The notes beneath the pieces are model-generated. The model was not told the origin of the DNA, searched no databases, and saw nothing but the letters and a program-made list of their open reading frames with translations. Position numbers and translations under genes: made by a program. 64,000 nucleotides of DNA from an uncultured virus (IMG/VR IMGVR_UViG_3300037313_001079) (taxonomy: Duplodnaviria > Heunggongvirae > Uroviricota > Caudoviricetes). Below, one piece after another: positions 26,742 to 35,734 of this stretch (positions are counted from its first letter, which is position 1; each line of letters starts with the position of its first letter). The DNA lies in the IMG/VR virus record IMGVR_UViG_3300037313_001079; one strand, given 5' to 3'.

Positions 26742-27074
26742 TTAGGTGGTGCGCCGCAGGTCGAGTCGGAGATCGGCTGTCGCTGCGGGGTTCGCCATCG
26801 AGGAGACGGCGTCGACGGTGTAGATGGCGCCGGTGCGCTCGTCGCGGACGCGGTCCTGGTCGGTGACGTCCGTTCCGGCTGCGACGCGGGCGACGGCGTA
26901 GCGGACGATGCGGGGGGTGGGGTCGTCGCGGGTGGTGACACGGCGGGACTGCTCGGTTAGCGCGGCCGGGATCCCGGTGCGTACAGCCGTGTCGGTGTCG
27001 GCTTCATCACCCCACGCGTCGGTCGTGGTGCCGCGCAGGACGGCGATCGTGGTGGTGGCGAGAGCGATCGGCAT
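26742..27074 (-). CDS. Head-tail stopper/closure protein
   Basis: TTTDAWGD...DRVRDERTGAIYTVDAV; position. Confidence 0.7.
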   Translation of the reverse strand: MPIALATTTIAVLRGTTTDAWGDEADTDTAVRTGIPAALTEQSRRVTTRDDPTPRIVRYAVARVAAGTDVTDQDRVRDERTGAIYTVDAVSSMANPAATADLRLDLRRTT

Positions 27075-27520
27075 CACGGGCCTCCGGTGTACGGGGCCCA
27101 GACGAAGCTGTCGTCGATGCCGTCGGTGAGCTCGTTGCCGATGACCGGGCCCGCGCCTTCGAGCGGGGACCGGACGTGCACGGTCCGGGACCGCCGCCAC
27201 GACACCCGGCCCAGGGCACGCTTCGCCATCGGTGCGAGGACCAGGCCGTCGTCTGCCAGCGTGGTGGAGACCTGATCTTGCTGGATCTGCGTGGCATCCA
27301 GCCGCGTCTCCAGCCCGTACTGGCCTGCCAGCCACGCTGCTTGGTAGGCGACGGCCTGGCCCAGCCAGTAGAGGTCCCGCGTCCGGATCCGGTCCGTGTC
27401 GGTCCAGATTCGGTTGCTGAAGACCTCGATCGCGGCCTGCGCCTGGGCAAGCTGCTGGTCCGTCACGCTGACGCCGGTGGCGTCGATGACGTCCTGCGCC
27501 GTGCACCAGGCGTTGACCAT
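27074..27520 (-). CDS. Head-tail adaptor
   Basis: 148 aa; AVAYQAAW, LAPMAKRAL; position after capsid. Confidence 0.7.
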   Translation of the reverse strand: MVNAWCTAQDVIDATGVSVTDQQLAQAQAAIEVFSNRIWTDTDRIRTRDLYWLGQAVAYQAAWLAGQYGLETRLDATQIQQDQVSTTLADDGLVLAPMAKRALGRVSWRRSRTVHVRSPLEGAGPVIGNELTDGIDDSFVWAPYTGGP

Positions 27521-27521
27521 G

Positions 27522-27899
27522 TCAGCCCTCGCCCTCGATCACCTTGCGCGGCGTAGTGGTCTCCTCCGGGTGCTGGTCGACCGACGCGGGCACGGTGTCC
27601 ACCGAGTACGTCAGCACCAGCGACTCCCCGTCGGGGTGCTCTTCCTGCCCGTCGAAACGCACGTCGCCCCGCGGGTGCAGGCCGCGCTGGATCGCCTCGT
27701 TGACGACGCCGGCGCGGTTGGCCTCGTGCTGGTAGTCCTGGTCGTTCCACCGTGCCGCCTGGACGACGAACTCCTTGACGAAGCGGGTTCCCTCGCTGCC
27801 GTCGGCGGACCGCTTGTCGACCTCGACCTGGGGTTCGCCGGCCTTCGCCGGGTGCTGGCGCGCCCGCGCGCTGCTGGTGGTCTTCTTCGCTGCTGCCAC
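27522..27899 (-). CDS. Hypothetical head-module protein
   Basis: 125 aa, GGAGGTGA RBS. Confidence 0.7.
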   Translation of the reverse strand: MAAAKKTTSSARARQHPAKAGEPQVEVDKRSADGSEGTRFVKEFVVQAARWNDQDYQHEANRAGVVNEAIQRGLHPRGDVRFDGQEEHPDGESLVLTYSVDTVPASVDQHPEETTTPRKVIEGEG

Positions 27900-27921
27900 G
27901 GCTCACCTCCCTTGTTGGCCG

Positions 27922-27952
27922 CCGCACCGCCCGGAGCCGTCGGGCGGTGCGG
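27922..27952 (-). terminator. Stem-loop after capsid gene
   Basis: CCGCACCGCCCG / CGGGCGGTGCGG inverted repeat. Confidence 0.65.
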
Positions 27953-27961
27953 GGAACGGGG

Positions 27962-28876
27962 TCAGCCGACGAGGATGGACGCGCCGTTGGGGTGGCCGTA
28001 GGCCCAGCCGCGGCGGGCGCGCATCTTCAGGATCGACTCGTCGGTCAAAGCGCTAAGTCCATCCCGACCGTCGATGAACACGGACTCCGGGCCGCTCCTG
28101 ACACCCAGCAGCATGAGCTCCGGGTTGACGAACGCCATGATCGGGCGGCCGGTCGGCGACGGCGTGGCCGTGGCGGACAGCTTCGCGCCCAGGCTCCAGC
28201 GGACCGGCACATCGAAGATCGTGTCGGGGGTTCCGGCGGTGCCCTGGACGAAGATCGGGCGCTGCTGGGAGTCCTTGACGTTTCGCATGCTGTTGCGGAA
28301 CGCCGGGTGGGCGATGGCGACCATGGAGCTGGGGTCGAAGTAGTCGCCGGTCTCGACGCTGCCGATCGCGGTGGAGAACTCGGCGTAGCTCGGCGCGCCG
28401 GACGATGCGGCGGTGGTGATGTTCGTGCCGCCGGTGTAGCCGACGTTGGCATCGGTGGTGTTCAGCAGCTGGTAGAGGCTGGTGAACGGGACGGTCGTGC
28501 CGTTGCTGGCCGCGCTGACGGCGAGGGAGGCGTTGTCGATCATCTTGGCGTAGGACTTGCCCCAGCCGACCATCTTCGCCTCGATGACGTTGGCGACCGA
28601 GTCGTCGATGTCCTCCTCGGCGATACGGACGGCCTGGCCGAACTTGATCGCGGAGAGCAGGACTTCGTCGTTGAGGCTGGTGTCCTCCCCGTAGGTGCCG
28701 CCCTTCGCGACGACCGCGACCGACATGCCGGCCGTGCGCGGGACGTGCTTGGTGTCGGAGCCCATGGTGATGCGGGCGGCGAGTGCCTCGACGGCGGAGA
28801 TCTGGGTGATGGACTGGACGACGCGCGAGGTTTCCCACTCTTCGGGAATCCACGCTTCCATGGTGTTGCGTGCCAC
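27962..28876 (-). CDS. Major capsid protein (HK97 fold)
   Basis: 304 aa; IPEEW, RIAEEDIDDS, QRPIF, KMRARRGW; follows scaffold. Confidence 0.9.
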   Translation of the reverse strand: MARNTMEAWIPEEWETSRVVQSITQISAVEALAARITMGSDTKHVPRTAGMSVAVVAKGGTYGEDTSLNDEVLLSAIKFGQAVRIAEEDIDDSVANVIEAKMVGWGKSYAKMIDNASLAVSAASNGTTVPFTSLYQLLNTTDANVGYTGGTNITTAASSGAPSYAEFSTAIGSVETGDYFDPSSMVAIAHPAFRNSMRNVKDSQQRPIFVQGTAGTPDTIFDVPVRWSLGAKLSATATPSPTGRPIMAFVNPELMLLGVRSGPESVFIDGRDGLSALTDESILKMRARRGWAYGHPNGASILVG

Positions 28877-29008
28877 TGTGCCCTCCTGCGGGCGGCGTGA
28901 TGGGGAAGCTGGTCGGCTCGGGCCCCATCACGGGCGCCTTCGCAAGCAAGGTTTCAGCGCGATCCGATCACCGAATCAAAGCTGATGCCACCAAGATACC
29001 TTCGAATG

Positions 29009-29788
29009 TCAAGCCCTGCCCAGAAGTCGGGCCGCGTGCAACTCCGCCGTGCTCTTGGGCTTCTCCACCGCAGCAGGCTTCGGAGCACCCGTCGGCCGCG
29101 GCTTCGGCTTCCGCACCGGAGCCGCGAACAGCTCCGGGTAGTCCTTCCGCAGGTCGTCGACCGCCGCTTCCAGCCCGGACACCGACCCGTCCTCGTCCAC
29201 GTCCAGGCCGTCCAGGTCGACCAGCTTCAGCAGCCGCTTCAGCCGAGACTCGCCCTTCTCCCGCGCCGAGCTACTGTCGGGGTCCTTCTCCTCCTGCAGG
29301 AACGCCAGCGCCCCCGCCTCCACCAGCGCGCCCCGCACCGCGGTACGCACCAGCGGCGTGCGGTACCGCTTCTCGCCCTCCTCGCGGGCCTCCCGCAAAG
29401 CCTTCTCGTGCTCGGTCTCATCCCCGCGGGCCTTCTCCTCCAGCTCCTTGTTGCGGAGCCGGTGCCGCTTGGCGTCCTCGTTGGCCTTCTTCAACGCGGC
29501 CTGCGTGCGCGCCCATTCGTCCTTGGACGGCGGCTTGAAGTCGTCCGCCGGCTCATCCTTCTTCGCGGGCGGCTTGGGCTTCGGCTTGTCCTCAGCTTCC
29601 GGCTCCTCCTCGTCCTCCGACTCCTCTTCCGGCTCGTCGTCGGGGACCTCGACGTCCGGGCCGTCGTCGGTGTCGTCGGCGCCGCCGGCGATGACGTGGA
29701 TCGGCCGGCCGTCGGTGCGGTAGCCGAGGATGGTGCCGGGCGGCAGGCTGATACCGCGAGCGTGCCGGGCGGTGGTGTGGATGCCCAT
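29009..29788 (-). CDS. Capsid scaffolding protein
   Basis: ATG at 29788; acidic linker, coiled coil, KDYPELF; directly upstream of capsid. Confidence 0.82.
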   Translation of the reverse strand: MGIHTTARHARGISLPPGTILGYRTDGRPIHVIAGGADDTDDGPDVEVPDDEPEEESEDEEEPEAEDKPKPKPPAKKDEPADDFKPPSKDEWARTQAALKKANEDAKRHRLRNKELEEKARGDETEHEKALREAREEGEKRYRTPLVRTAVRGALVEAGALAFLQEEKDPDSSSAREKGESRLKRLLKLVDLDGLDVDEDGSVSGLEAAVDDLRKDYPELFAAPVRKPKPRPTGAPKPAAVEKPKSTAELHAARLLGRA

Positions 29789-29843
29789 CTGGTGTCTCCC
29801 ATCACGGGGTTCGGCGGCGGCCCATCGGCGGGCGCCGGGGGAT

Positions 29844-30860
29844 CTATGCGGCGGCTGGGAACCGGCCGGTCCTGAGCGCGGTGCGGGCGCGGGCCTCGAC
29901 CGCGGGCAGCAGGTCATCGACGGTGCGCAGCAGTTCACGGGCCGCGCGGAGCCGAACGGCGCGGGACTCCGATGGGCGGCCGAGGCCGTAGCCGATCGAC
30001 CGCTCTGCCTCGCGGCGCAGCGCTTCGGGGAACGGGGTGCCGTCGGTGGTCCAGGCGTCGGACCAGGGGACGGCACGGCAGCGGCAGTGCGCGTGGAGCG
30101 GTGGCCCGTCGACGCCGGCCGCCTTGGCGCGACGCTGGCGGGGGTCCCACGACAGGCCGCCTGGGAACGGCTCGTCCGCCCGGACGACACGGCCGGTGTA
30201 GGCGAGGCAGCGCACGCACGCGTCCGCCTCCGACACCCACAGGCGCAGCGGTGCCGTCGCTCGCACGACCGAGTCCAGACCCTGATGCATGGCGGTGTTG
30301 ATGACCCACGCGATGTGAGCGCGTACCGCGGGCAGTGCAGCGCGGGCGGCGCCGAGCCCGGCCAGCATGTGCGACCAGCGGGACACCCTGACCGGATGCA
30401 GCAAGTGCAGGGCGCGGTCGCGGCGTTCGATCACCAGGTCCCGGATCCGGTGTGCTTCATCCCGCAGGACCCTGCTGACCTTCGGCACCTTCGGTTCCCG
30501 CCGACGGCGGCCGGACGCGGCCCGCACGAACTCGGTGCCCTGCCGCACCCCCATCGCCAACGCCGGGTTGAGTCCGCCGACGAGAGCCGTGGGCGCACGC
30601 TCGGCGACATCCCCGAGGATGCGCCGCACTGCCGCCTGCGCTGCGGCGATGATCCTGCGCAGCACGTCCCCAGGGAGCGCCGGGTGGTCGGGGCCGCCGA
30701 AAGCGCGGGTCCACGCGGCGAGGGTCCGGCGGATCAGTTCCTCGAATGCCCGATCACTGCCGAGCAGTGCCCGCCCGGCGAGCCGGTTCTCCAAGTCGAC
30801 GACCTCGCCGGTGTGGTCGTCTTGCACGAGACGGGTCAGGTGCTCGCTGGAGTACGGCAT
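29844..30860 (-). CDS. Minor head / MuF-like head morphogenesis protein
   Basis: DACVRC ... PPLHAHCRC motif; after portal. Confidence 0.8.
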   Translation of the reverse strand: MPYSSEHLTRLVQDDHTGEVVDLENRLAGRALLGSDRAFEELIRRTLAAWTRAFGGPDHPALPGDVLRRIIAAAQAAVRRILGDVAERAPTALVGGLNPALAMGVRQGTEFVRAASGRRRREPKVPKVSRVLRDEAHRIRDLVIERRDRALHLLHPVRVSRWSHMLAGLGAARAALPAVRAHIAWVINTAMHQGLDSVVRATAPLRLWVSEADACVRCLAYTGRVVRADEPFPGGLSWDPRQRRAKAAGVDGPPLHAHCRCRAVPWSDAWTTDGTPFPEALRREAERSIGYGLGRPSESRAVRLRAARELLRTVDDLLPAVEARARTALRTGRFPAAA

Positions 30861-32395
30861 TACACCTCCTCCTGCACCTGCGCGAGCGCTTCGAGATCGT
30901 TGATCGCACCGGTCATGAGCGCGGTGACCTGCTCGCTGGTGATGACACCGAGCGCGGCCGCGGCGCCGAGCTTCTGCGCGCTGTCGGCCAGGGACGCGAG
31001 GACGTCGACGCGGCGCTGCAGCTCGGCGTCGTCGGTGCCGGACAGCCAGGCGTCGACTTGCTCGGCCCGGTAGCCGGCCTCCATGAGGGCCTGCCTGCGC
31101 GGTACCCCAGCCCGGATCTTCGACTCGACGGTCTGCCAGCCCTGCGCGTCGGTCACGGACTTGGCGGGCACCCAGTCGACGTTGACGACGGGCTCGTCGA
31201 CGCCGAGGAGACGCAGCGCGTAGACGAAGGCCTCATGCAAGGTGGCGCCGTAGGACGTCTGCCGGTTCTCCACCTTGGAGATGAACGGGCCGTCTTCCTC
31301 GCGGTAGGACTCGCCGGACCGCTGGTTGGACTGGGGGTCGAACATCCGCAGCGGGGTGTCGGTGATCTGCGCCATCGCCCGGATGTTGAACTGGATCGGG
31401 TCGAGGAACACGCCGGGCTGGGCCGCGTCGAACTGCCCGACGGACTTGAAGCCACGGAGCAGCATCATCTCGCCGGGCCCGGCCTTGAGGCTGGAGTCGG
31501 CGCCGGTGTCGGACGGCCCCACCCCTTGTTCGGGGAAGGGCCAGATGCCGTCGTCGAAGTCGCCGGGCTCCAGGTCCGAGGTGTCGGTTGTCGCCGAGTC
31601 CGTCAGGGCGTACCGCTGCGGGAACCCCTGGTAGTCGACGGTTCCCATGTGGGTCTGCTGCAGCTTGTTGATCGCGTTCTGCGGGCCGTAGGCGCCATAG
31701 TGCTCGGGGCAGCCGTAGGGGCGGTCGTTCCGGAAGTGGAACACCGGCTGGGCGCCTGTGTCGTTGAGGATCACCCAGGACTCTGGGTCCTCCGGGTCAG
31801 CGGGCCAGTGCACCCAGTCCTGCGCCTTTTCGCCGTCTGAGCCCTTCCGGGTGGTCCACCGTTCGGTGCGGTCGTCGTAGTACAGCTCGGCACGCTCGTA
31901 CGGTCCGTCGCACCAGCGTTTGATCGTGAGCTTCTTCCGGCGCGGGTTCTCCTCGTCGTAGAGCACCCGGACGGTCTGCGGGCTGTTGTAGAACATCTCG
32001 ATGCGGACGACGTTGCCCTCTTCGTCCTCAACGGGGAGCGCCATCAGGTAGGCGTCTCCGTACTCGCCGGTCCGTCTGAACAGGTCAGGCAGTTCCAGGT
32101 TGAGCTGGTTGTCCTGCCAGATCTTCGAGATGAGGGCGTTGACGTCCGGGTCGGGGCTGGTGACGGAGGCGACCTTCAGCCGGTTGGTGACCGCGTTGAC
32201 GGGGGTCTTGGCGAAGTTCAGGTCGAAGTCGATGTTGTTGCGGGCGAGGGCGCGGCGGATCCGGACGGAGGTGAAGACCTCGGGGACTTTGCCGTCGTAG
32301 TAAGCCTGGGCTTGGTCGTAGTCGGGGCGGGCCTCGCCGAGTTCTTCGATCCCGTACATGAGGTCGGCACGGGGGTCGATCGCCTCGTCTTCCAA
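30860..32395 (-). CDS. Portal protein (SPP1-like)
   Basis: TTG at 32395 with GGGAGG RBS; YYDG, NFAKTPVN, YGDAY, GFPQRY. Confidence 0.88.
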   Translation of the reverse strand: MEDEAIDPRADLMYGIEELGEARPDYDQAQAYYDGKVPEVFTSVRIRRALARNNIDFDLNFAKTPVNAVTNRLKVASVTSPDPDVNALISKIWQDNQLNLELPDLFRRTGEYGDAYLMALPVEDEEGNVVRIEMFYNSPQTVRVLYDEENPRRKKLTIKRWCDGPYERAELYYDDRTERWTTRKGSDGEKAQDWVHWPADPEDPESWVILNDTGAQPVFHFRNDRPYGCPEHYGAYGPQNAINKLQQTHMGTVDYQGFPQRYALTDSATTDTSDLEPGDFDDGIWPFPEQGVGPSDTGADSSLKAGPGEMMLLRGFKSVGQFDAAQPGVFLDPIQFNIRAMAQITDTPLRMFDPQSNQRSGESYREEDGPFISKVENRQTSYGATLHEAFVYALRLLGVDEPVVNVDWVPAKSVTDAQGWQTVESKIRAGVPRRQALMEAGYRAEQVDAWLSGTDDAELQRRVDVLASLADSAQKLGAAAALGVITSEQVTALMTGAINDLEALAQVQEEV

Positions 32396-32413
32396 TGCAA
32401 CCTCCCAGCGGTG

Positions 32414-32427
32414 ACCTTTGAATCGAA
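32414..32427 (-). promoter_or_regulatory. Putative late-promoter motif upstream of portal
   Basis: + strand ACCTTTGAATCGAA, 13/14 identical to the copy upstream of terS. Confidence 0.6.
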
Positions 32428-32494
32428 GGATAGACGGTCGATTCACGTGCGTCATGCATCGCTGTGTGGAAGGGCAGCCTTGGAAACCTAGGCG

Positions 32495-34099
32495 TCACGT
32501 GTACGCGGCAGCCCGCGCCGACGGAGCGGCCTTCCGAACCGGCGGCATGAAACGCCTCACCGCGCTACCCGTCGCGTCCACCATGTCGTCGTTCGGGCCC
32601 TTGGGAAATGTGCACATCTGCTGCTCCAACTCGGGCAGCCTCCGCGCGTGCAGGACCCGGCCGCGCTGGTACAACCCGAGCAGGCCTTCCGCCCGGGCGA
32701 ACTTCGGCTCGTTCTGATGGACCGTCTTCACCCGCACCGGCATGTCGTGAAGGATCGCCTGCCACGCGTCGCCGCCCTGGTTGACCTCGATCAGGATCAA
32801 CCCGATGCGAGGGAACTCGTCCAGCAGCGCCAGCACACGCTCGCGGAGCTCCGGGCCCGGGCGGACCTTCAGCGCCATCGCCGCGTGCACGGTGCACCGC
32901 TGGTGCTGCGCCGACCAGGACACGACCGCGAGGCCGGTGAAGTCGGACGCCCTCTTCGCCGTCGTGGCCGGGTCGATGGACAGCATCATGTGAGTGATCG
33001 GGTCGGCACCGGTGACCGGGTCGAGGCGGTCGGCAATGTTCAGGGCACCGTTGAGGCGTTCCAGTGCGGTCGGCGGTGTCGGGTAGCGGAAGTCGTCCGG
33101 CGTCCACAGTGCCCCGTCTGCGGCGAGCGGATCGTTGGCCATGTTCTTCGCATAGCTGCGGGTGTGCCGGATCTCGATCAGATACGAGATGGGCCACTTC
33201 GCCGGCCACATCGACCGCTCCGTACCATCCGGGCGCTCCACGATCGGCAGGCTGTGGTGCGCGCGGATCCCCTCATCCCGGATCCACTGCGCGACGTGGA
33301 CGCCCTTCGCGGCCTTCACCAGCTGGTGGATGATGCTGCCCGGCATCGTCACTGTGCCGCAGATCGCAACTCGGGCGTAGATGTTCAGCGGGAGGATCGC
33401 ATCCAACAGGGTGGTGAGCCGTTTCCCGGCGAGGGCTGCGGAGTACGACGCCTCGTCGGGTTCGATGTCGTCGCACAGCAGCAGGTCGGGGCGTTTCTCC
33501 TCGACCTTCATGCCGAGGGCGCTGGAGTCGATGCCGTGCGCGGCGAAGATGAACCCGCTCTTGGCCACGTACATGCTCTGGGTGTCGGCGACGTTCTGCC
33601 CGGACGGCCGCTTGGCCGCAGTGCACAGGTCGGGGAAGTCGCGGCGCAGCAGCGGATTGCCGTCGAGCTCCCGCTTGAACGTGGACAGGTGGCGTTCGGC
33701 CTGCGTCGCCGCCGAGGCGAACGCCGCGGCGAACTTCACGTGCCCGTGCGCGGCGGCCCACATCGGCAGGATCAGGAACCACCATGTCGTCTTGCCGGTG
33801 TTCCGCGGGGCGATCCAGGCGTCCCGTTCCTCGGCCGGCCCGGCGGGCGGGCGGACCCATCGGCGGGCGGCGCGGCACCAGTCGAGGTGCGCGTCGCCGA
33901 AGGTGATCCGGCCGTCCTCGTCTTTGAGGTGGTGGCGGATGTAGACGAGGCCGAACAGCAGCGGGTCGAGGCGGGTGAGGGTGCGCCGGCCTTCGGGGTC
34001 GGCGAGGAGACGCGGGTCGAACTGGGCGAGGTAGGCGTCGAGGTTGAACGTCTCGGCGTCGAGGCCTTCGAGGTAGCCGGTGCGGGTTGCGGTGGTCAC
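32495..34099 (-). CDS. terL: Terminase large subunit
   Basis: APRNTGKTT Walker A, LLLCDD Walker B, SIDPA...SDFTG, FPKGPNDDMVDA nuclease motifs. Confidence 0.93.
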   Translation of the reverse strand: MTTATRTGYLEGLDAETFNLDAYLAQFDPRLLADPEGRRTLTRLDPLLFGLVYIRHHLKDEDGRITFGDAHLDWCRAARRWVRPPAGPAEERDAWIAPRNTGKTTWWFLILPMWAAAHGHVKFAAAFASAATQAERHLSTFKRELDGNPLLRRDFPDLCTAAKRPSGQNVADTQSMYVAKSGFIFAAHGIDSSALGMKVEEKRPDLLLCDDIEPDEASYSAALAGKRLTTLLDAILPLNIYARVAICGTVTMPGSIIHQLVKAAKGVHVAQWIRDEGIRAHHSLPIVERPDGTERSMWPAKWPISYLIEIRHTRSYAKNMANDPLAADGALWTPDDFRYPTPPTALERLNGALNIADRLDPVTGADPITHMMLSIDPATTAKRASDFTGLAVVSWSAQHQRCTVHAAMALKVRPGPELRERVLALLDEFPRIGLILIEVNQGGDAWQAILHDMPVRVKTVHQNEPKFARAEGLLGLYQRGRVLHARRLPELEQQMCTFPKGPNDDMVDATGSAVRRFMPPVRKAAPSARAAAYT

Positions 34100-34102
34100 G
34101 GC

Positions 34103-34267
34103 TCAGCCCTCGTCGGCTTCGCGGCCGTCGAGGCTGTGGTGCACGGCGATCCAGCCGACCGCCCCGTCGCGGGCCTTGACCGGCTGCTCGGTCGGGCCGC
34201 ACACGCACTCGCCGGTGGTGTCGTGCTGGATGAGGTCGCCGATGGGGACGACGTGGAGGTCAGCCAT
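34103..34267 (-). CDS. Small His/Cys protein between terminase subunits
   Basis: MADLHVVPIGDLIQH...CVCGP...HHSLDGRE. Confidence 0.65.
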   Translation of the reverse strand: MADLHVVPIGDLIQHDTTGECVCGPTEQPVKARDGAVGWIAVHHSLDGREADEG

Positions 34268-34826
34268 CGGTGCCGCCGTCGCGGATCTGCTGTTCCTCCA
34301 GTTCGGTGCGGGCCTTGGCCTCGCGCAGCATCTCCTGCAGTTCCAGGTCCTGCTGGGTGACCTCGTGGACGGTGGCGTCGACCTTCGTCGGCTGGTCCAG
34401 GCCGAACAGGCGCCGGAAGCTCTCGCGTGCGCGGAGCGCCCGGTCGACGGCGCGGAGTTTGATGTCGTAGTCCGGGAGTGGGTTGCCGTCCTGGTCGTAG
34501 ACGACGCGGCCGTGGGAGACCATGACGTGGTCGGCCTGGAGGATGTCGAGGACTTCGTCGTACATCGCTTCCAGGCGGGAGGCTTCCATCTCGACGAGCT
34601 CTTTGGCGGGGCCGAGGCAGGCGTCGCGGAGGGCGTTGCGGACGGCGCGGATGGCTCCGGTTCTGTCGATGCCGAGTTCTTCGGCGATCTGCTTGTACGT
34701 CCAGTGCTGGGCGCGGAGCTTGGCGGCGTAGGCGTCGCGTTCGGCTCGTTCGAGGGTGCGGGTGTAGCGGCCTCGGCCATCGCGGTCGTCCTGGTGCGGG
34801 TTGCCGCGGTTGGTTTCTCCGGTCAT
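34260..34826 (-). CDS. terS: Terminase small subunit (HTH)
   Basis: WTYKQIAEELG HTH; RRLFGLDQPTKV; upstream of terL. Confidence 0.8.
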   Translation of the reverse strand: MTGETNRGNPHQDDRDGRGRYTRTLERAERDAYAAKLRAQHWTYKQIAEELGIDRTGAIRAVRNALRDACLGPAKELVEMEASRLEAMYDEVLDILQADHVMVSHGRVVYDQDGNPLPDYDIKLRAVDRALRARESFRRLFGLDQPTKVDATVHEVTQQDLELQEMLREAKARTELEEQQIRDGGTDG

Positions 34827-34849
34827 GGTGGGGCCCTCCCATCGCGGGT

Positions 34850-34886
34850 ACCTTTGAATCGTAAGTCAAGATGCGATCTCATCTTG
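34850..34886. promoter_or_regulatory. Late-promoter motif plus inverted repeat in divergent gap
   Basis: ACCTTTGAATCGTA (34850-34863); CAAGATG-N6-CATCTTG (34867-34886). Confidence 0.6.
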
Positions 34887-34910
34887 GATTCAGTCTCGGA
34901 GGGTGGGCCT

Positions 34911-35117
34911 GTGGCCAGCAAGCGAGGCGGGAAGAAGAAGATGCCCAAGCTGGGCACCGGTAAGAGGTTCGCGGCGATCGAGAAGTCGGCGGCGAAGTCC
35001 GGCGCGAAGAACCCGGCGGCCGTGGCAGCTGCGGCGGGGCGGCGGAAGTTCGGGGCGAAGAAGATGGCGGGGATGGCTGCGACCGGGCGGCGGCGCGCGG
35101 CGCGCAGGGGGAAGTGA
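34911..35117 (+). CDS. Very basic small protein
   Basis: GTG start, GGAGG upstream; 68 aa with 22 K/R and one acidic residue. Confidence 0.7.
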   Translation: MASKRGGKKKMPKLGTGKRFAAIEKSAAKSGAKNPAAVAAAAGRRKFGAKKMAGMAATGRRRAARRGK

Positions 35118-35311
35118 TGGTCTCGGACCGCGGAGGCCGCTGGGGCTTCGTCTATCGAAACAGGTTCAAGGTGTACAGGGCGCTGCGTCGGAAGGGGCTG
35201 ACGAAGCAGCGCGCGGCGGAGATCAGTAACGCGGGCAGGTCGTTCCCTCAGCGCAGTCTCATGGCGAGGAAGGCGGCGAGGACGCGGAAGGCGAAGGGCC
35301 GGCAGCGCTGA
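35117..35311 (+). CDS. Very basic small protein
   Basis: VYRALRRKGLTKQRAAEISNAG; coupled to previous gene. Confidence 0.7.
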   Translation: MVSDRGGRWGFVYRNRFKVYRALRRKGLTKQRAAEISNAGRSFPQRSLMARKAARTRKAKGRQR

Positions 35312-35470
35312 GCTTTGGTGGTGGGTGGTCTGAGGCCCAGGGTTGTGGCGGCCCTGGGCCTCACCCATGCGCGGGCTCTTTCCGGGGAATGGGCTGCTGT
35401 TGCCGGTGGCCGGCGGTAGTCTCCCGGCACTGCGCGCGCTGGGGAGCGTGCGCCTGGTTGGGGGGTTGTG

Positions 35471-35671
35471 ATGGCTGGGTGTCGTGATTGTGAGACGTGC
35501 ACGATGCCAGGGTTCGGCCGGTTGGGGCAGAACCTGGGTGTGGGGTTCATGCATTTGATGACGTGCGGGATTTCGTGGGTGGTGAAGCGGGGTGGGATGC
35601 GGCATTGCCCGCAGTGCAGGCATCTGGATTCGCGGCATCGACGGCGGGCTGATGGGTCGTTCATCGACTGA
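35471..35671 (+). CDS. Small Cys-rich protein
   Basis: CRDCETC ... CPQCRH; followed by terminator. Confidence 0.55.
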   Translation: MAGCRDCETCTMPGFGRLGQNLGVGFMHLMTCGISWVVKRGGMRHCPQCRHLDSRHRRRADGSFID

Positions 35672-35683
35672 CGACGGCATGGC

Positions 35684-35717
35684 AGAGGCCCCGAACCCGG
35701 ACGGGAACGGGGCCTCT
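35684..35717. terminator. Stem-loop between convergent genes
   Basis: AGAGGCCCCG / CGGGGCCTCT. Confidence 0.7.
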
Positions 35718-35734
35718 TGCGTGCGCGGGGTTGG

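Noticed and set aside
33000..33090. Apparent short insertion in terminase large subunit as an intein or intron
   Set aside because: Only about 25 aa, frame intact, no intein terminal motifs
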